64,000 nucleotides of DNA, taken from positions 4,896,001-4,960,000 of the forward strand of contig CBDFLE010000006.1 of the NCBI GenBank assembly GCA_965248925.1, read 5' to 3'. The position numbers and the translations under genes were made by a program. Origin of the DNA: Candidatus Multivoradales bacterium (lineage in GTDB: Bacteria > Acidobacteriota > Thermoanaerobaculia > Multivoradales > J023). This document shows, piece after piece, positions 38,102 to 49,398 of this stretch (position 1 is the stretch's first letter; each line of letters starts with the position of its first letter). The notes under the pieces are model-generated. The model searched no databases and was not told the origin of the DNA. It saw nothing but the letters and a program-made list of their open reading frames with translations.

Positions 38102-38205
38102 GCCGCCCGCACCGCTGGGTGGCTAGGCTGTGGACCGTACTCGGCCTGCTCGGACTGCTACTGCTCGCGGCGGTCGCGGTGGCCTGCGGGGCGCAGTTCA
38201 GTTGA
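38098..38205 (+). pseudogene. Short signal-peptide ORF, probably a truncated gene
   Basis: ATGA overlap with the upstream gene. MSRPHRWVARLWTVLGLLGLLLLAAVAVACGAQFS*; the frame continues open after the TGA. Confidence 0.3.
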
Positions 38206-38397
38206 GAGCGAGTCTTGGCCAAGGTGCGCGGGGTGCATCCCTACAATCCGCAGTGGGGAAGACTCCTCGACCGGAAACGGCGGCAATATGATGCTTCGCC
38301 GACGGGTTCTGCCGAGCCGGGCGAGTCGCTACGCTAGATTCTTCTAGAGCGGTTTTTTGCGCTTTTCAGCTCGCCATGGCGATGGTAAGTTAGCGCC

Positions 38398-39591
<1,194 letters not shown>

Positions 39592-39693
39592 GCAAAGCCC
39601 CACGCCTTGCTCACCACGCCCGGCCGCTCGCGACCGGGCATGGTTGTTTGTACGGCTTGTCGCGGGCCAGCGCGGGTCGCATAATAGGGCGCC

Positions 39694-40842
39694 ATGTCCA
39701 AATCCAACGCCCCCTCCGCCAGCGCCCCCGACCTCCAAGGTTTGCGCCAAGCTCTCGAAGCCATCGACCGCCGTTTGCTCACCTTGTTGCGCGACCGCAT
39801 GGGCAGGGTGGAGGAGGTGGCGCGATCAAAGATCGCCGCTGCTTTTCCCTTTCGTGATCAGCGGCGCGAGGACCAGGTCTTGCAGCGGGTCCGGGGATTG
39901 GCGGTCGAGTTGGGGCTCGACGCGCACGCCGTCGAGCGTCTCTATCGCTTGATCATGGAGATGTCGATCTCGCACCAGCAGGCTCACCTCGAAGCACTCG
40001 AAACCGTGCCGCTGCGGGTGGCCTACCAGGGGGTCGAGGGTTCCTACAGTCACCTGGCGGCTCAGCAGCGCTATGGCGGCCGCGAAGGGGGCGCTCTGCT
40101 CACCGGCCACTCCAGTTTTCGCCAAGCCGCCGCCGCGGTGCTCGACGGCGGTGCTGACTTTGCTCTACTGCCGATCGAGAACAGCACCGCCGGGTCGATC
40201 AATGAAACCTACGATCTGCTCGCCGATGGTGGCTTGATGATCAATGCCGAAGTGATTCACGAGATTCAGCACGCCTTGCTCGCCCTGCCTGGGGTTGAGA
40301 TCGACCAGCTTCATACAGTGATCTCTCATCCCCAGGCCCTGCAACAATGCAAGCGATTCTTCGAGGGCTTGCCGACCATCGAGACCCGGATCGAGTTCGA
40401 TACCGCGGGTGCGGCGCGGATGGTTCGGGAGTCCAACGATCGTGGCCTGGCGGCGGTGGCCAGCGAATCGGCGGGCCAGCGATATGGCCTGGTCGCTCTG
40501 CGCCAGGGGATCCAAGATCAACGGCTGAATTTCACCCGCTTCGTCGAGGTTGCCATCGAAGCCTCACCGCGGCCCGCGGATGCCGACTGCAAGAGCTCAT
40601 TGATTGTCAAATTGGCTCATCAACCGTCGGCCTTGGGGCAGGTGTTGATGGAGTTTGGCGACCGTGGCATCCAGCTGCTCAAGCTGGAATCGCGGCCGGC
40701 CCCTGGTGAGCCCTGGAACTACCGCTTTTACCTCGATGTTCACGCACACTCGGCGAGCACCGAGATGCAGGAGTGCTTGCGGGCGATCCAGCCGCTGACT
40801 TCCGAGGTGCGGCTACTCGGCACCTACCCGCGGGCAGTTTGA
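39694..40842 (+). CDS. pheA: Bifunctional chorismate mutase / prephenate dehydratase
   Basis: N-terminal CM_2 (LRQALEAIDRRLL..RE.QVL), AYQGVEGSYS, LPIENSTAGSI, SHPQAL.QC, NFTRF, LESRP ACT domain. Confidence 0.93.
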   Translation: MSKSNAPSASAPDLQGLRQALEAIDRRLLTLLRDRMGRVEEVARSKIAAAFPFRDQRREDQVLQRVRGLAVELGLDAHAVERLYRLIMEMSISHQQAHLEALETVPLRVAYQGVEGSYSHLAAQQRYGGREGGALLTGHSSFRQAAAAVLDGGADFALLPIENSTAGSINETYDLLADGGLMINAEVIHEIQHALLALPGVEIDQLHTVISHPQALQQCKRFFEGLPTIETRIEFDTAGAARMVRESNDRGLAAVASESAGQRYGLVALRQGIQDQRLNFTRFVEVAIEASPRPADADCKSSLIVKLAHQPSALGQVLMEFGDRGIQLLKLESRPAPGEPWNYRFYLDVHAHSASTEMQECLRAIQPLTSEVRLLGTYPRAV

Positions 40843-40961
40843 AGGCGGCTTATTGCATCTGTTTTGACGGTAGAATGAGTATAAAGATCACGGGCGAGAG
40901 TGGTGAGGTTTTCTACCTTGGATTGGCCCAATCGACCGGGAGACCGTCGCGCAAACTGTTG

Positions 40962-41486
40962 TCATTCGGAGCCTTGGCGGCGAAACTCGAAGCGCTGGGA
41001 TTGATCGCTGTCGTGGTGGGGGTCGGAAAGGGTGATGCATAGCTGATTTTCGGCGATCAGTTGATAGACGATACGAGTCGGGAAATCCTTGTCTGGATTC
41101 TCGAAGACAGCCTTTCTGGCCTGTGGGTCGAGTTCGGTGAGCCGCATCTGGACCCCCCTTTTGCCGCCCGGGAAAGGGGTGAAAACGACACTACCGTCTT
41201 CGATATCGAAACGCTCGAATTCGTGAAAAGCAATTTTCCCGTCGCGCCGCAGCTCGGTATAGCTGAGCACCATGCCACCCTCCGGCGTGGTGTAGTGCGC
41301 GACTAACTCGCCGCCCCACATCTGGCCGCTCCAAGTACCTGCCAGGAATTCCAACGCCAATATTTGCCGGCCGGATTCTTCGGCGCCGTCGGCGCCCTCG
41401 GCGCTTGCTGTGAGGAGTAGCACGGCCAGACCCAGGAATAGGAAGGCGAGCAGCCGCCAGGTTGACTTGGGGTTTGATCTGTGCAT
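40962..41486 (-). CDS. Secreted beta-barrel protein, DUF6265-like
   Basis: LEFLAGTW..EF.RF..AVFENPDKDFPTRIVY. Confidence 0.7.
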   Translation of the reverse strand: MHRSNPKSTWRLLAFLFLGLAVLLLTASAEGADGAEESGRQILALEFLAGTWSGQMWGGELVAHYTTPEGGMVLSYTELRRDGKIAFHEFERFDIEDGSVVFTPFPGGKRGVQMRLTELDPQARKAVFENPDKDFPTRIVYQLIAENQLCITLSDPHHDSDQSQRFEFRRQGSE

Positions 41487-41509
41487 TTTCAGCTTCCTTC
41501 GGGCAGCGG

Positions 41510-41911
41510 TCATCGCCGCGCATCTAGGCTCTTGACCTGAGGGTAGGCCAGGATCCGTTCGTCGGCTGTGAGCAGAGTGAAGTGATGTATACGAGCGGTG
41601 GCGACGAGAAGGCGGTCGGCAGGATCCTGGTGGAACTCATCGGGCAAGTCATAAGCCGCGGCAGCGATCCTGTGGCAGATCTCGATCGTGGTGCAGCGCA
41701 GGCTGTCGATTGTGTCGCTGATCCAGGCGCCTAGAGAACACGCCAAGTCGATTCTCCCACCCTCCACAAGGCGGGCGATCTCGAGAGTGGAAATTGGCGA
41801 TACGTAGAGCTGGGTCTGAGGCTGGGTGAGGTGGTTCTTGGCCTCGGTGCCTAGTTTTCCAAGCTGCTCCTGCGACCAGATCCAGACGTGAGTATCCAGC
41901 AGCAATCTCAC
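41510..41911 (-). CDS. vapC: VapC/PIN-domain toxin
   Basis: LLDTHVWIW..SPISTLEI..HQDPADRLLVATA..LLTAD. GTGA overlap with the antitoxin. Confidence 0.9.
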   Translation of the reverse strand: MRLLLDTHVWIWSQEQLGKLGTEAKNHLTQPQTQLYVSPISTLEIARLVEGGRIDLACSLGAWISDTIDSLRCTTIEICHRIAAAAYDLPDEFHQDPADRLLVATARIHHFTLLTADERILAYPQVKSLDARR

Positions 41912-42141
41912 TTGAGCATCTCCCAATCACTCTCGGTGTCTGTGTAGACGAGATCACCGGAGATCCGCATTCGCCCCTTGTAGATTCCTAGCTGGCGCTT
42001 GGCGTTGGCGTTCGGCAGGGGTTCGATACGAGCAATCGGCGATCCCCGGCGGGTCACCAAGAGTGCTTCGCCGGTGTCTTGAGCCTGGCGCAGCACGGCT
42101 ATACATCGTGCTTTGAAATCGGAGATCGCTATTGTCTTCAT
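41908..42141 (-). CDS. Phd/YefM family antitoxin
   Basis: MKTIAISDFKARC..TGE.LLVTRRG.PIARIEP. Confidence 0.9.
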   Translation of the reverse strand: MKTIAISDFKARCIAVLRQAQDTGEALLVTRRGSPIARIEPLPNANAKRQLGIYKGRMRISGDLVYTDTESDWEMLK

Positions 42142-42245
42142 GATTCGATCCTGACGTAGTCAGATGACTTGGTCAACTGGGCGGCTGCGGATGCTTGGCA
42201 GGTATCGAGTCGGGCCAGGCCAAGGGGCATCCGCTGCGAGGCGAG

Positions 42246-43271
42246 TCAGCCGCCCTCGGGGCGGCTGAGTTCACCGCGCAGGTCGTTGGCCATTTGCTGG
42301 CGAACGGCGTCGGGTTCGAGATCTTGTGACAGCAGGTAGAACAGTTTGGTGAGGGCGGCTTCGGGGGTCATGTCCCAGCCGCTGACCACTCCGGCGTCGC
42401 GCAAGGCGCGGCCGGTGGCGTAACTCTCCATGTTGACCCGGCCGCGCAAGCATTGAGTGCAGTTGACCAGCACCACGCCGTGTTCACTGGCCTGTCGCAA
42501 GACGGCGAGGAAGTCGCTGTTGTTGGGAGCGTTGCCAGCGCCGAAGGTGTGCAAGACGGCGCCACGGATCGGGGCGCGCAAGAACTGGCGCATGGTGTCG
42601 GGGGAAATGCCGGGGAAGAGATGGACATTGGCCACCGCGGGTTGGCCGACTTCGGTGAAGCGCAGGGGGCCTGGCTGTGGCGAACGGACCAGGGAGTGCT
42701 CGATCTGAATCTCTACCCCAGCGCTGCCCAGCGGCGGCAGGTTGGGTGAGTCGAAAGCGTTCAGGCCGATGGTCGAGGTCTTGGTGGCGCGGTTGCCGCG
42801 CAGCAGGCGCTCACCGAAGAACAAGCAGACTTCCGGTAGGGTTTGGTGGGCGGCGATCAGCAGGCTGGTAATCAGGTTGTCGCGGGCGTCGTTGCGCACT
42901 TCCTCAAGCGGAATCTGCGAGCCGGTGAAGATCACCGGCTTGGCGAGGCCGGCGAGCATGAAGGAGAGGGCCGCCGCCGAATAGGCCATGGTGTCGGTGC
43001 CGTGCAGCACCAAGAAACCATCGAAGCGCTCGTAGTGACGTACGATATCGCGGCCGATGTGCGCCCAATCCGCGGGCGCCATATTCGACGAATCGAGCAG
43101 CGGGTCATATTCGTGAATCTCGTAGCGCGGCATCCGCGGATCGGCGAGTTCGGGCATGCGCTGCATCTGCTTTTCCAGCCAGCCAGGCGCCGGCCGGTAG
43201 CCGTGGTTGCCGCGGCGCATACCGATGGTGCCGCCGGTGTAAGCGATATAGACGCTTTTTCTAGAATTCAT
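42246..43271 (-). CDS. ansA: L-asparaginase type I
   Basis: IAYTGGTIGM, LDSSNM, LHGTDTMAY, FTGSQIPL, RGNRATK, DMTPEAALTKL. Confidence 0.93.
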   Translation of the reverse strand: MNSRKSVYIAYTGGTIGMRRGNHGYRPAPGWLEKQMQRMPELADPRMPRYEIHEYDPLLDSSNMAPADWAHIGRDIVRHYERFDGFLVLHGTDTMAYSAAALSFMLAGLAKPVIFTGSQIPLEEVRNDARDNLITSLLIAAHQTLPEVCLFFGERLLRGNRATKTSTIGLNAFDSPNLPPLGSAGVEIQIEHSLVRSPQPGPLRFTEVGQPAVANVHLFPGISPDTMRQFLRAPIRGAVLHTFGAGNAPNNSDFLAVLRQASEHGVVLVNCTQCLRGRVNMESYATGRALRDAGVVSGWDMTPEAALTKLFYLLSQDLEPDAVRQQMANDLRGELSRPEGG

Positions 43272-43350
43272 CGTCGTATCTCGGAATCTTCTGCCGGCGG
43301 CGATTGTATGTACTACCGCGGGCTCGGGCGAGTCCTGGAGCAAGATATCG

Positions 43351-43656
43351 ATGGCTGTCGACAAGAAATCTAAATCCCAAGGCGGACCGCGGCCCACCGC
43401 TGAGGCATTATCTCCCTTACCGCGCAGCACCCGCTGGCTGCTCTTGCTGCTGGGTTGGACCTTGCTCATGGTCGGCCTGATCGGCTTGGTTCTGCCCGGC
43501 ATCCAGGGCATTCTGACCCTGCTGGCTGGCGCAGCCGTCTTGTCGTTGGTCGATCCGGCTCTTGAACAGTGGCTCGACCGCCGCTTGCGGCGCCGGCCTT
43601 GGGCGCGGCAGAAGCTGCACAATCTGCGCCGCCGGATCCATCGCTGGGTTAGCTAG
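43351..43656 (+). CDS. Small membrane protein (PGPGW-like)
   Basis: LLGWTLLMVGLIGLVLPGIQGILTLLAG. Confidence 0.7.
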   Translation: MAVDKKSKSQGGPRPTAEALSPLPRSTRWLLLLLGWTLLMVGLIGLVLPGIQGILTLLAGAAVLSLVDPALEQWLDRRLRRRPWARQKLHNLRRRIHRWVS

Positions 43657-43674
43657 AGTGGCACAATAGGGGCC

Positions 43675-44907
43675 ATGCCAAATTCTGCATCGCGACGCTT
43701 GCCGCGCAATCTGCGGGTGCTGAGTTGGACCAGCTTGCTCACCGATCTGTCGAGCGAGATGGTGCTGCGCCTGCTGCCGCTCTATTTGTCGAGCGTGTTG
43801 GGGGTGCGGGTCAACGTCATCGGGCTAATCGAGGGGGTGGCCGAGTCTGCCGCCAGCTTGCTCAAGTTGGCCTCGGGCTGGCTGTCGGATCGACTCGGGA
43901 GGCGTAAGTGGTTGGCGGTGGCGGGCTATGGGGTGTCAGCGTTGGCCAAACCGTTCTTCCTCGGCGCTTCGACTTGGGCGCAAGTGGCGGCGGTGCGCTG
44001 GACCGAGCGGCTGGGCAAGGGCCTGCGCACGGCGCCGCGTGACGCGCTGTTGGCCGACAGCGTGACTGCCGAGCGGCGCGGTTTCTCATTCGGTTTTCAT
44101 CGCTCGGCCGATACTCTGGGCGCCTTTCTCGGTTTGGCGTTGGCGGCGGTGGTGGTGTGGCGGCTGCAAGGCGATGCCGTCGAACTCGGCCGCCAGACCT
44201 TTCACACCTTGGTCTGGCTCAGCCTGTTGCCGGCGGTTGCCGCGGTGTTGGTGCTGGCTCTGGGAGCGCGAGAGGTCGCGGCACCGGCTAGCGCCTTCAC
44301 CTCCAGACCCAGTCGGCGTGGTTTGGGTCGCCAGTTCTGGCTCTATCTCGGCATTGTGGCCTTGTTCGACCTCGGCAATTCGGCCGACGCTTTCTTGGTG
44401 TTGCGGGCGGCCGAGCGGGGTCTCTCAGTGCTCGGCGTACTCGGCATGTTGGCCACTCTGAACGTGGTTTACTTTCTCACCAGCACTCCTGGCGGGATGT
44501 TGTCGGACCGCTTCGGTCGCCGCCGCGTGTTAGCCGGCGGTTGGCTGCTCTATGCCGCCGTCTACCTTGGCTTGGGTCAGGCTGAGAACGGTGTTCAAGT
44601 ATGGATGCTGGCGGCGGTCTACGGTGCCTATTACGGACTCAGCTTCGGCACCGCCCGTGCCCTGGTCGCCGATCTGGTGCCGGCCGAGCGGCGTGGCACC
44701 GCCTTTGGCACCTTCCACGCCACTCTGGGAGTGATCGACCTGCCGGCCTCGGTGATCGCCGGTGTGCTGTGGCAGGGGTTCGGCAGCTGGTCGGGGTTCG
44801 GCGCCGCGGCGCCGTTCTACTTCGGTGCGGCGACAGCGGCGTTGGCGGCTGTGTTGCTGCTGGTCTGGCGAGGTGGGGCGGGGCGAACTGCTAAGCTTGC
44901 ACTATGA
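43675..44907 (+). CDS. MFS transporter
   Basis: About 12 TMs, GWLSDRLGRRK and GMLSDRFGRRR motif A, ERLGKGLRTAPRDAL. Confidence 0.92.
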   Translation: MPNSASRRLPRNLRVLSWTSLLTDLSSEMVLRLLPLYLSSVLGVRVNVIGLIEGVAESAASLLKLASGWLSDRLGRRKWLAVAGYGVSALAKPFFLGASTWAQVAAVRWTERLGKGLRTAPRDALLADSVTAERRGFSFGFHRSADTLGAFLGLALAAVVVWRLQGDAVELGRQTFHTLVWLSLLPAVAAVLVLALGAREVAAPASAFTSRPSRRGLGRQFWLYLGIVALFDLGNSADAFLVLRAAERGLSVLGVLGMLATLNVVYFLTSTPGGMLSDRFGRRRVLAGGWLLYAAVYLGLGQAENGVQVWMLAAVYGAYYGLSFGTARALVADLVPAERRGTAFGTFHATLGVIDLPASVIAGVLWQGFGSWSGFGAAAPFYFGAATAALAAVLLLVWRGGAGRTAKLAL

Positions 44908-45299
44908 GAGGCGCCCTCGAAGAGACCCTGCAAGCAGTGCTAGCAGATCGGTCGGATGTCGATTTGGTTTTGGTTTTCGGGTCACGAGCCCGTGGCATTG
45001 CCCGGCCTGGCTCAGACCTTGATCTGGCGGTTCTCGGGAAGCGGGTCGAGATACTCGACTTGCAAGCCCGACTCAGCCTGGCCTTAGGGGTCGAGGTCGA
45101 CGTGGTCGACCTGCGTCAGGCTGGTTACACGCTGTTGAAACAAGTCAACCGCGAGGGGCGCCGGGTCTTTGAGCGCCGGCCCGGTGTTGAAGGAGCGTGG
45201 CGCGCTCAAACCCTGGCGCAGCTCGAGACCGACGGTCCCTGGCACGAACGTATGCGACGCGCATTCGTAGCTCGATTGGCCGAGAGCAGCCATGGTTGA
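44904..45299 (+). CDS. Minimal nucleotidyltransferase antitoxin (MntA-like)
   Basis: FGSRARG..SDLDLAV..VDVVDL (GSX10DXD). Confidence 0.88.
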   Translation: MRGALEETLQAVLADRSDVDLVLVFGSRARGIARPGSDLDLAVLGKRVEILDLQARLSLALGVEVDVVDLRQAGYTLLKQVNREGRRVFERRPGVEGAWRAQTLAQLETDGPWHERMRRAFVARLAESSHG

Positions 45300-45714
45300 C
45301 GCTGAGCTGATCTCAGCCAAGCTCGCCGATTTGACCGATCGTAATCGGCGGGTGCGGCAACACTGTCCAGCCGATGCCGAGGCATTGTTGGCCGATCGTG
45401 ATCGCCTCGACCTTGTGGCTTTCAATCTCCTTCTTGCAGTCCAGGCTTGTCTCGACATCGCCAGTCATTTGATCTCAGACCAGGGCTGGCGACCCGCCGA
45501 AACCTTGGCCGAGGCTTTCCAGCGACTAGAGGAGCACGAGGTCTTGGCGTCCGAGACGGCGGCGGCGATGGCCAGAGCCGTGGGCTTGCGTAATGTCGTG
45601 GCGCATGGCTACTCACGCATCCAGCCAGGGCTGCTCTTTGAGGCCGCAACAACTGGCCTCGCCGACCTCGAAGCCTTCGCCGGTCAGCTCAGCCGGTGGA
45701 TCGAGTGCGACTGA
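45292..45714 (+). CDS. HEPN/DUF86 RNase toxin (HepT-like)
   Basis: RNVVAHGY (RX4HXY). Overlaps the MNT gene. Confidence 0.88.
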   Translation: MVDAELISAKLADLTDRNRRVRQHCPADAEALLADRDRLDLVAFNLLLAVQACLDIASHLISDQGWRPAETLAEAFQRLEEHEVLASETAAAMARAVGLRNVVAHGYSRIQPGLLFEAATTGLADLEAFAGQLSRWIECD

Positions 45715-47443
45715 GATCGTATCTACCTGTATCTTGTTCCCCATCGGCGAGAGCCTGGACCAGCTTCGCCTTGGGTGATTCCAGGTCTTGGAGGTGCTCA
45801 CCTTGGAAGGTAGGGGAGGCCCTCAGGGTGAGTAGCTGGTCGAGCAAAGCGAGATGTTCTTCAACCACTTTGGGGACGCTGCAACTTTGTAGGGCGTGGC
45901 CGTAGGACCGGCTGGCCAGGTCTGTGTGCTCGACGCTGCTCGCGGTGCTGAGAGCCAATCCGCAATGCGCCAGGCCTCGATAATAGGGGGCAGTGTAGTC
46001 GAGTACCTGGTCGCAATAAGAGAGGGCTGCGCGGAATGCTTGCTCGGCGCCATCGCGGTAGTTATCGCGTTGCTGCTGACCTTTCTCTAGCGCCATCAAC
46101 CGCAGCTCGACCAGGCCCCGCAGTGCCGCTGCGGCGTGACGTGATGCGGCGGTGCTCTCTGAACCTTCGAATTCTCTTGCCAGCTTGAGGTGCCGCTGCG
46201 CCTGGGGCAGCTGATGGCGAAGCAAGTGGCATCTGGCGACCAGGGTGTGGCGTTGCAACAAATGCAATTTGTGAGGGCCACCGATGGAGAATTCGAGAGC
46301 TGCGCGGGCCGCTTCGAGGGCCTCAGGTGTATCGCCGTAGAGCAGGTGGGTCAGGGCTAGATCGGCCCGAACGAAGGCGACGATGAACCACGCGCCGTCT
46401 TGGCTCAGCATGGCTAGCCCTTTCTGGTGACACTCGATGGCAAGGTCATAGTTGCCGCTGTAGGCATAGCTGGTACCGAGGCTGTTGAGTGCCTTGCCGT
46501 GGCCACGGGAGTCTTCGTGGGAGCGGGCAATCTCAAGGGCTCGGTTGAGGGCGCGAGCTTGGGCTTCGAAGCGGCCTTGGTCACGGTAGACGAGGCCTAG
46601 GTTGAATTGTTGAGTGCCGACTTGCTGCAAGTCGTTGAGCTGCTGGAACAGCTTGATTGCCTTCTCGTAGGCCTCGATTGCTGGTTCGTAGTGCCCCAGG
46701 TTGCGCCGCGCATTGCCGATGAAGCCTTGCCGCCTGGCTTCATCGAGTTTGTCGTTCAGATCACCCTGAGCCATCGCTTGCTTAGCTTCGTCGTAGCGTT
46801 CAAGGCCTTCGGCATAGAACCCGCGATTGGCGCGGATGTTGCCGAGATCGATCAAGATCCTTCCTGCTAAATCGCTCTTTTGCAATTGGCGAGCGATGGC
46901 GATGGCCTGCTCGAAGGCCTGTTGGGCAGCTTCCTGGGTAGCAGCATCTTTGCCAGCGTTGCGTCTTGACCTGCCAAATTGGTGGAGCAGTTTGGCGCGG
47001 TTCTCGGTGCCGCTGTCACCCAGTCCGTCGAGCAGTTCGAGGCCGGCGCGACAGTTGGTGGTGGCCTGCCGGTGGTCACCCAGGTTGAGATGCGCTTCGC
47101 CGAGATAGCCGAGCAGTCGAGCTTGCAGGCGCTGTTTACCCAGTTCTTGGGTGCTGTCGATCGCCGGTTGCAGCCAGTCGATGCTTTCCTGAGCAGGTCT
47201 TAGCAGTCGCAGTAGATGCCATCCGTGGCGGGCGTAGCCGATGCAGAAACGGCGCAGGGTGGGGTCGCTTTCGCGGCCCAGCAGGATCTCCCGATGGATG
47301 CCTTTGAGGGTGTCCCAAACCTTTTCGAACTCTTGCACCACCGCGGCGGGCCGGGCGGCATGGTCGCTCGACAGTTGGCGGAGTTTGTCCAGGTAATAGC
47401 TCTTCAGGCGGTAGCGCAAGGCCGGGGCAGGGGTCTCAATCAT
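45689..47443 (-). CDS. TPR-repeat protein
   Basis: Numerous TPRs (GNLG-type: FNLGLVYRDQG, LNSLGTSYAYSG). ATG overlaps the NB-ARC stop (ATGATTGA). Confidence 0.85.
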   Translation of the reverse strand: MIETPAPALRYRLKSYYLDKLRQLSSDHAARPAAVVQEFEKVWDTLKGIHREILLGRESDPTLRRFCIGYARHGWHLLRLLRPAQESIDWLQPAIDSTQELGKQRLQARLLGYLGEAHLNLGDHRQATTNCRAGLELLDGLGDSGTENRAKLLHQFGRSRRNAGKDAATQEAAQQAFEQAIAIARQLQKSDLAGRILIDLGNIRANRGFYAEGLERYDEAKQAMAQGDLNDKLDEARRQGFIGNARRNLGHYEPAIEAYEKAIKLFQQLNDLQQVGTQQFNLGLVYRDQGRFEAQARALNRALEIARSHEDSRGHGKALNSLGTSYAYSGNYDLAIECHQKGLAMLSQDGAWFIVAFVRADLALTHLLYGDTPEALEAARAALEFSIGGPHKLHLLQRHTLVARCHLLRHQLPQAQRHLKLAREFEGSESTAASRHAAAALRGLVELRLMALEKGQQQRDNYRDGAEQAFRAALSYCDQVLDYTAPYYRGLAHCGLALSTASSVEHTDLASRSYGHALQSCSVPKVVEEHLALLDQLLTLRASPTFQGEHLQDLESPKAKLVQALADGEQDTGRYDLSRTRSTG

Positions 47444-48590
47444 CGTCGTCGCCAAAATCGATAGCGAGTGTTCGAGCGCCTTGCACTGACTCTGCTGCCA
47501 ACGAGTCTTGGTACATCGTGCTGGCTAGAGAGTGCAGTAGGGCGTGCATTTGGAAGCGGCCGTCGTCGTTCCGCTCGAGCAGACCTCGTCGCTTCAGGGT
47601 GCGCAGGGAGGGTCGGGGGTCGCCCACCTGCCACTGCGCTTGCACGGCCTCCAGGCCGAAGCTGGCCGGCATTCCAGGAAATGCACCCAGCAAGGTGAAA
47701 AGCCTCCGCATCGTTGGCGACAGGGTGTCGATGCTGCGCCGCAGCAGCGCGCCGACGGTGGGTATTTCGGCGGTCTCGTGCTGGAAGTCGGTACGGTCTG
47801 CCGGCGCGGTTTGCTCGAGTAGCTGGGCGCCGGAACGCAGGCTCTCGAGTAGCGACTCGACATCTTCTAAGTGGTCTTCTTGCGCCTCGCCGAGCATGCC
47901 GCCGGCGACCAGGATGGCCAGGGGTAGGCCCTCGAGGTCTCGCACCAGCTGGCGGCAAGATTGCTGATTCTGGGTCACTACCTCCGGCACCAGAAGGTTG
48001 AGCAGGTTGAGAGCATGGTCGGCGGCGAGTTCGCGCAGTCGAAAGCGGCCCTGGGGAAAGGTCAAACAGTATTTTCTGGCGAACTCGTGAAAGCGACTGG
48101 TCAGCACGATGGGGCAAGAGCCACGGGCGGCGAGGAAGAGGTCGCCATGGCCCTCTTCCCACACATCGTCGACGATCAACAACGCTCGACGGCCTTGTAG
48201 CAGGGTGCGAATTTTGGCGGCGGCCTGGCCGACTTCACTTTTTGGGTGATGGCGGATGGTCTCGTTGCCCAGGGGTTGCCCCCAATTACCAAGTTCCTGA
48301 ATTAAGTCGGGCTTGGCGCCAAGATCGGCCCACAGGATGCCGTCAGGGTAGGCTGCGGCAACTTCAGGGTCGTGTGCCAGCATGGAGGCGGTGGCGGTCT
48401 TACCCATGCCGGGGTAGGCGTGGATGACGGTGATCGGATCAGGGAGGTCGGCGGCGTCGGGGCCGATTCCCAAGCGCCGCTTGAGTTCGACCATGGTCTG
48501 CTCGCGGCCGACGAACAAGCTCGGCCGGGATGGTGGCAGGCCGATGATCTGACCTGTTTCGGCGGATGAATCGGAGTTTCTCTTTCCCAT
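47436..48590 (-). CDS. Stand-alone NB-ARC (STAND ATPase) protein
   Basis: FVGRE, Walker A YPGMGKT, Walker B LLIVDDVW, LTSR, GLPLAI, RFQMHALL (MHD-like). Confidence 0.9.
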   Translation of the reverse strand: MGKRNSDSSAETGQIIGLPPSRPSLFVGREQTMVELKRRLGIGPDAADLPDPITVIHAYPGMGKTATASMLAHDPEVAAAYPDGILWADLGAKPDLIQELGNWGQPLGNETIRHHPKSEVGQAAAKIRTLLQGRRALLIVDDVWEEGHGDLFLAARGSCPIVLTSRFHEFARKYCLTFPQGRFRLRELAADHALNLLNLLVPEVVTQNQQSCRQLVRDLEGLPLAILVAGGMLGEAQEDHLEDVESLLESLRSGAQLLEQTAPADRTDFQHETAEIPTVGALLRRSIDTLSPTMRRLFTLLGAFPGMPASFGLEAVQAQWQVGDPRPSLRTLKRRGLLERNDDGRFQMHALLHSLASTMYQDSLAAESVQGARTLAIDFGDDDD

Positions 48591-48627
48591 GCTCGCTCCA
48601 AGTCGCTCGGGACCAAGGATCTGGCGG

Positions 48628-49398
48628 TTAACGAAAGTGCATTTTACGCCGCATCCACTCGGCCGCCGGGGGTTTGCGGCAGTTCAAGTCGGCTACCGCT
48701 TGGTGCTCGGGGTAAGCGGCTCGTCGGGGCAGCACATTGGCCTGGCCGTGCTCGAAATCGACGATCAGATATTCGGCTCCTGCTCCCTCGCGCGGTGCTC
48801 CAACACTGCCGGCGTTGAGCCATCGCCAGTCTTGCCAGCTGCGATCCATCGGCCGGTGGGTGTGACCGCCGATCCCTAGCCGGCCGGTGAGCTGGTCAAA
48901 AGCGGCGGTCAGCGCAGCGCTATCCAGGGTTGTTTCGGGGTCGAACCAGCCTTCGTCGTCCCCCGGCAGGCCGTGGTAGCCAAGCACCCGGCCGAGACCC
49001 TCGACATCGAGGGTCAGGGTGGTCTCGGGTAGGTCGCGAAGAAAGGAGAACTCCATCAACGACAACTGGGAAACCGCCCAGTTCAGCGTCAAGTCACGGG
49101 CGGTCCAGTCCTCGCTCAGGGTGGCGAAGGTCTCGGCGGTGATCGGTAGAGGCTGAGCCCGCCGCTCGCCAGTTACCAAATAACGGTCCGTATTGCCGCG
49201 GATTAGCGACAGCTGGTCCTGCCAGTCTTGACTCAGCGCCTGAACTCGCTGGATGCACTCCGCCGGCCGCGGGCCAAAAGCGGCCAGGTCTCCCAACAGC
49301 CAGAGCTGATCAGGGGTGTCGAACTCTGCTACGGCCTTCAGCACCGCCTCGAGGGCAGCGAGGTTGCCGTGGATATCGGAGAGGATGGCTAGGCGCAT
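48628..49398 (-). CDS. Calcineurin-like metallophosphoesterase
   Basis: SDIHGN, LGDL, RGNTD, YHG, GHTH, NAGSVG. Confidence 0.92.
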   Translation of the reverse strand: MRLAILSDIHGNLAALEAVLKAVAEFDTPDQLWLLGDLAAFGPRPAECIQRVQALSQDWQDQLSLIRGNTDRYLVTGERRAQPLPITAETFATLSEDWTARDLTLNWAVSQLSLMEFSFLRDLPETTLTLDVEGLGRVLGYHGLPGDDEGWFDPETTLDSAALTAAFDQLTGRLGIGGHTHRPMDRSWQDWRWLNAGSVGAPREGAGAEYLIVDFEHGQANVLPRRAAYPEHQAVADLNCRKPPAAEWMRRKMHFR

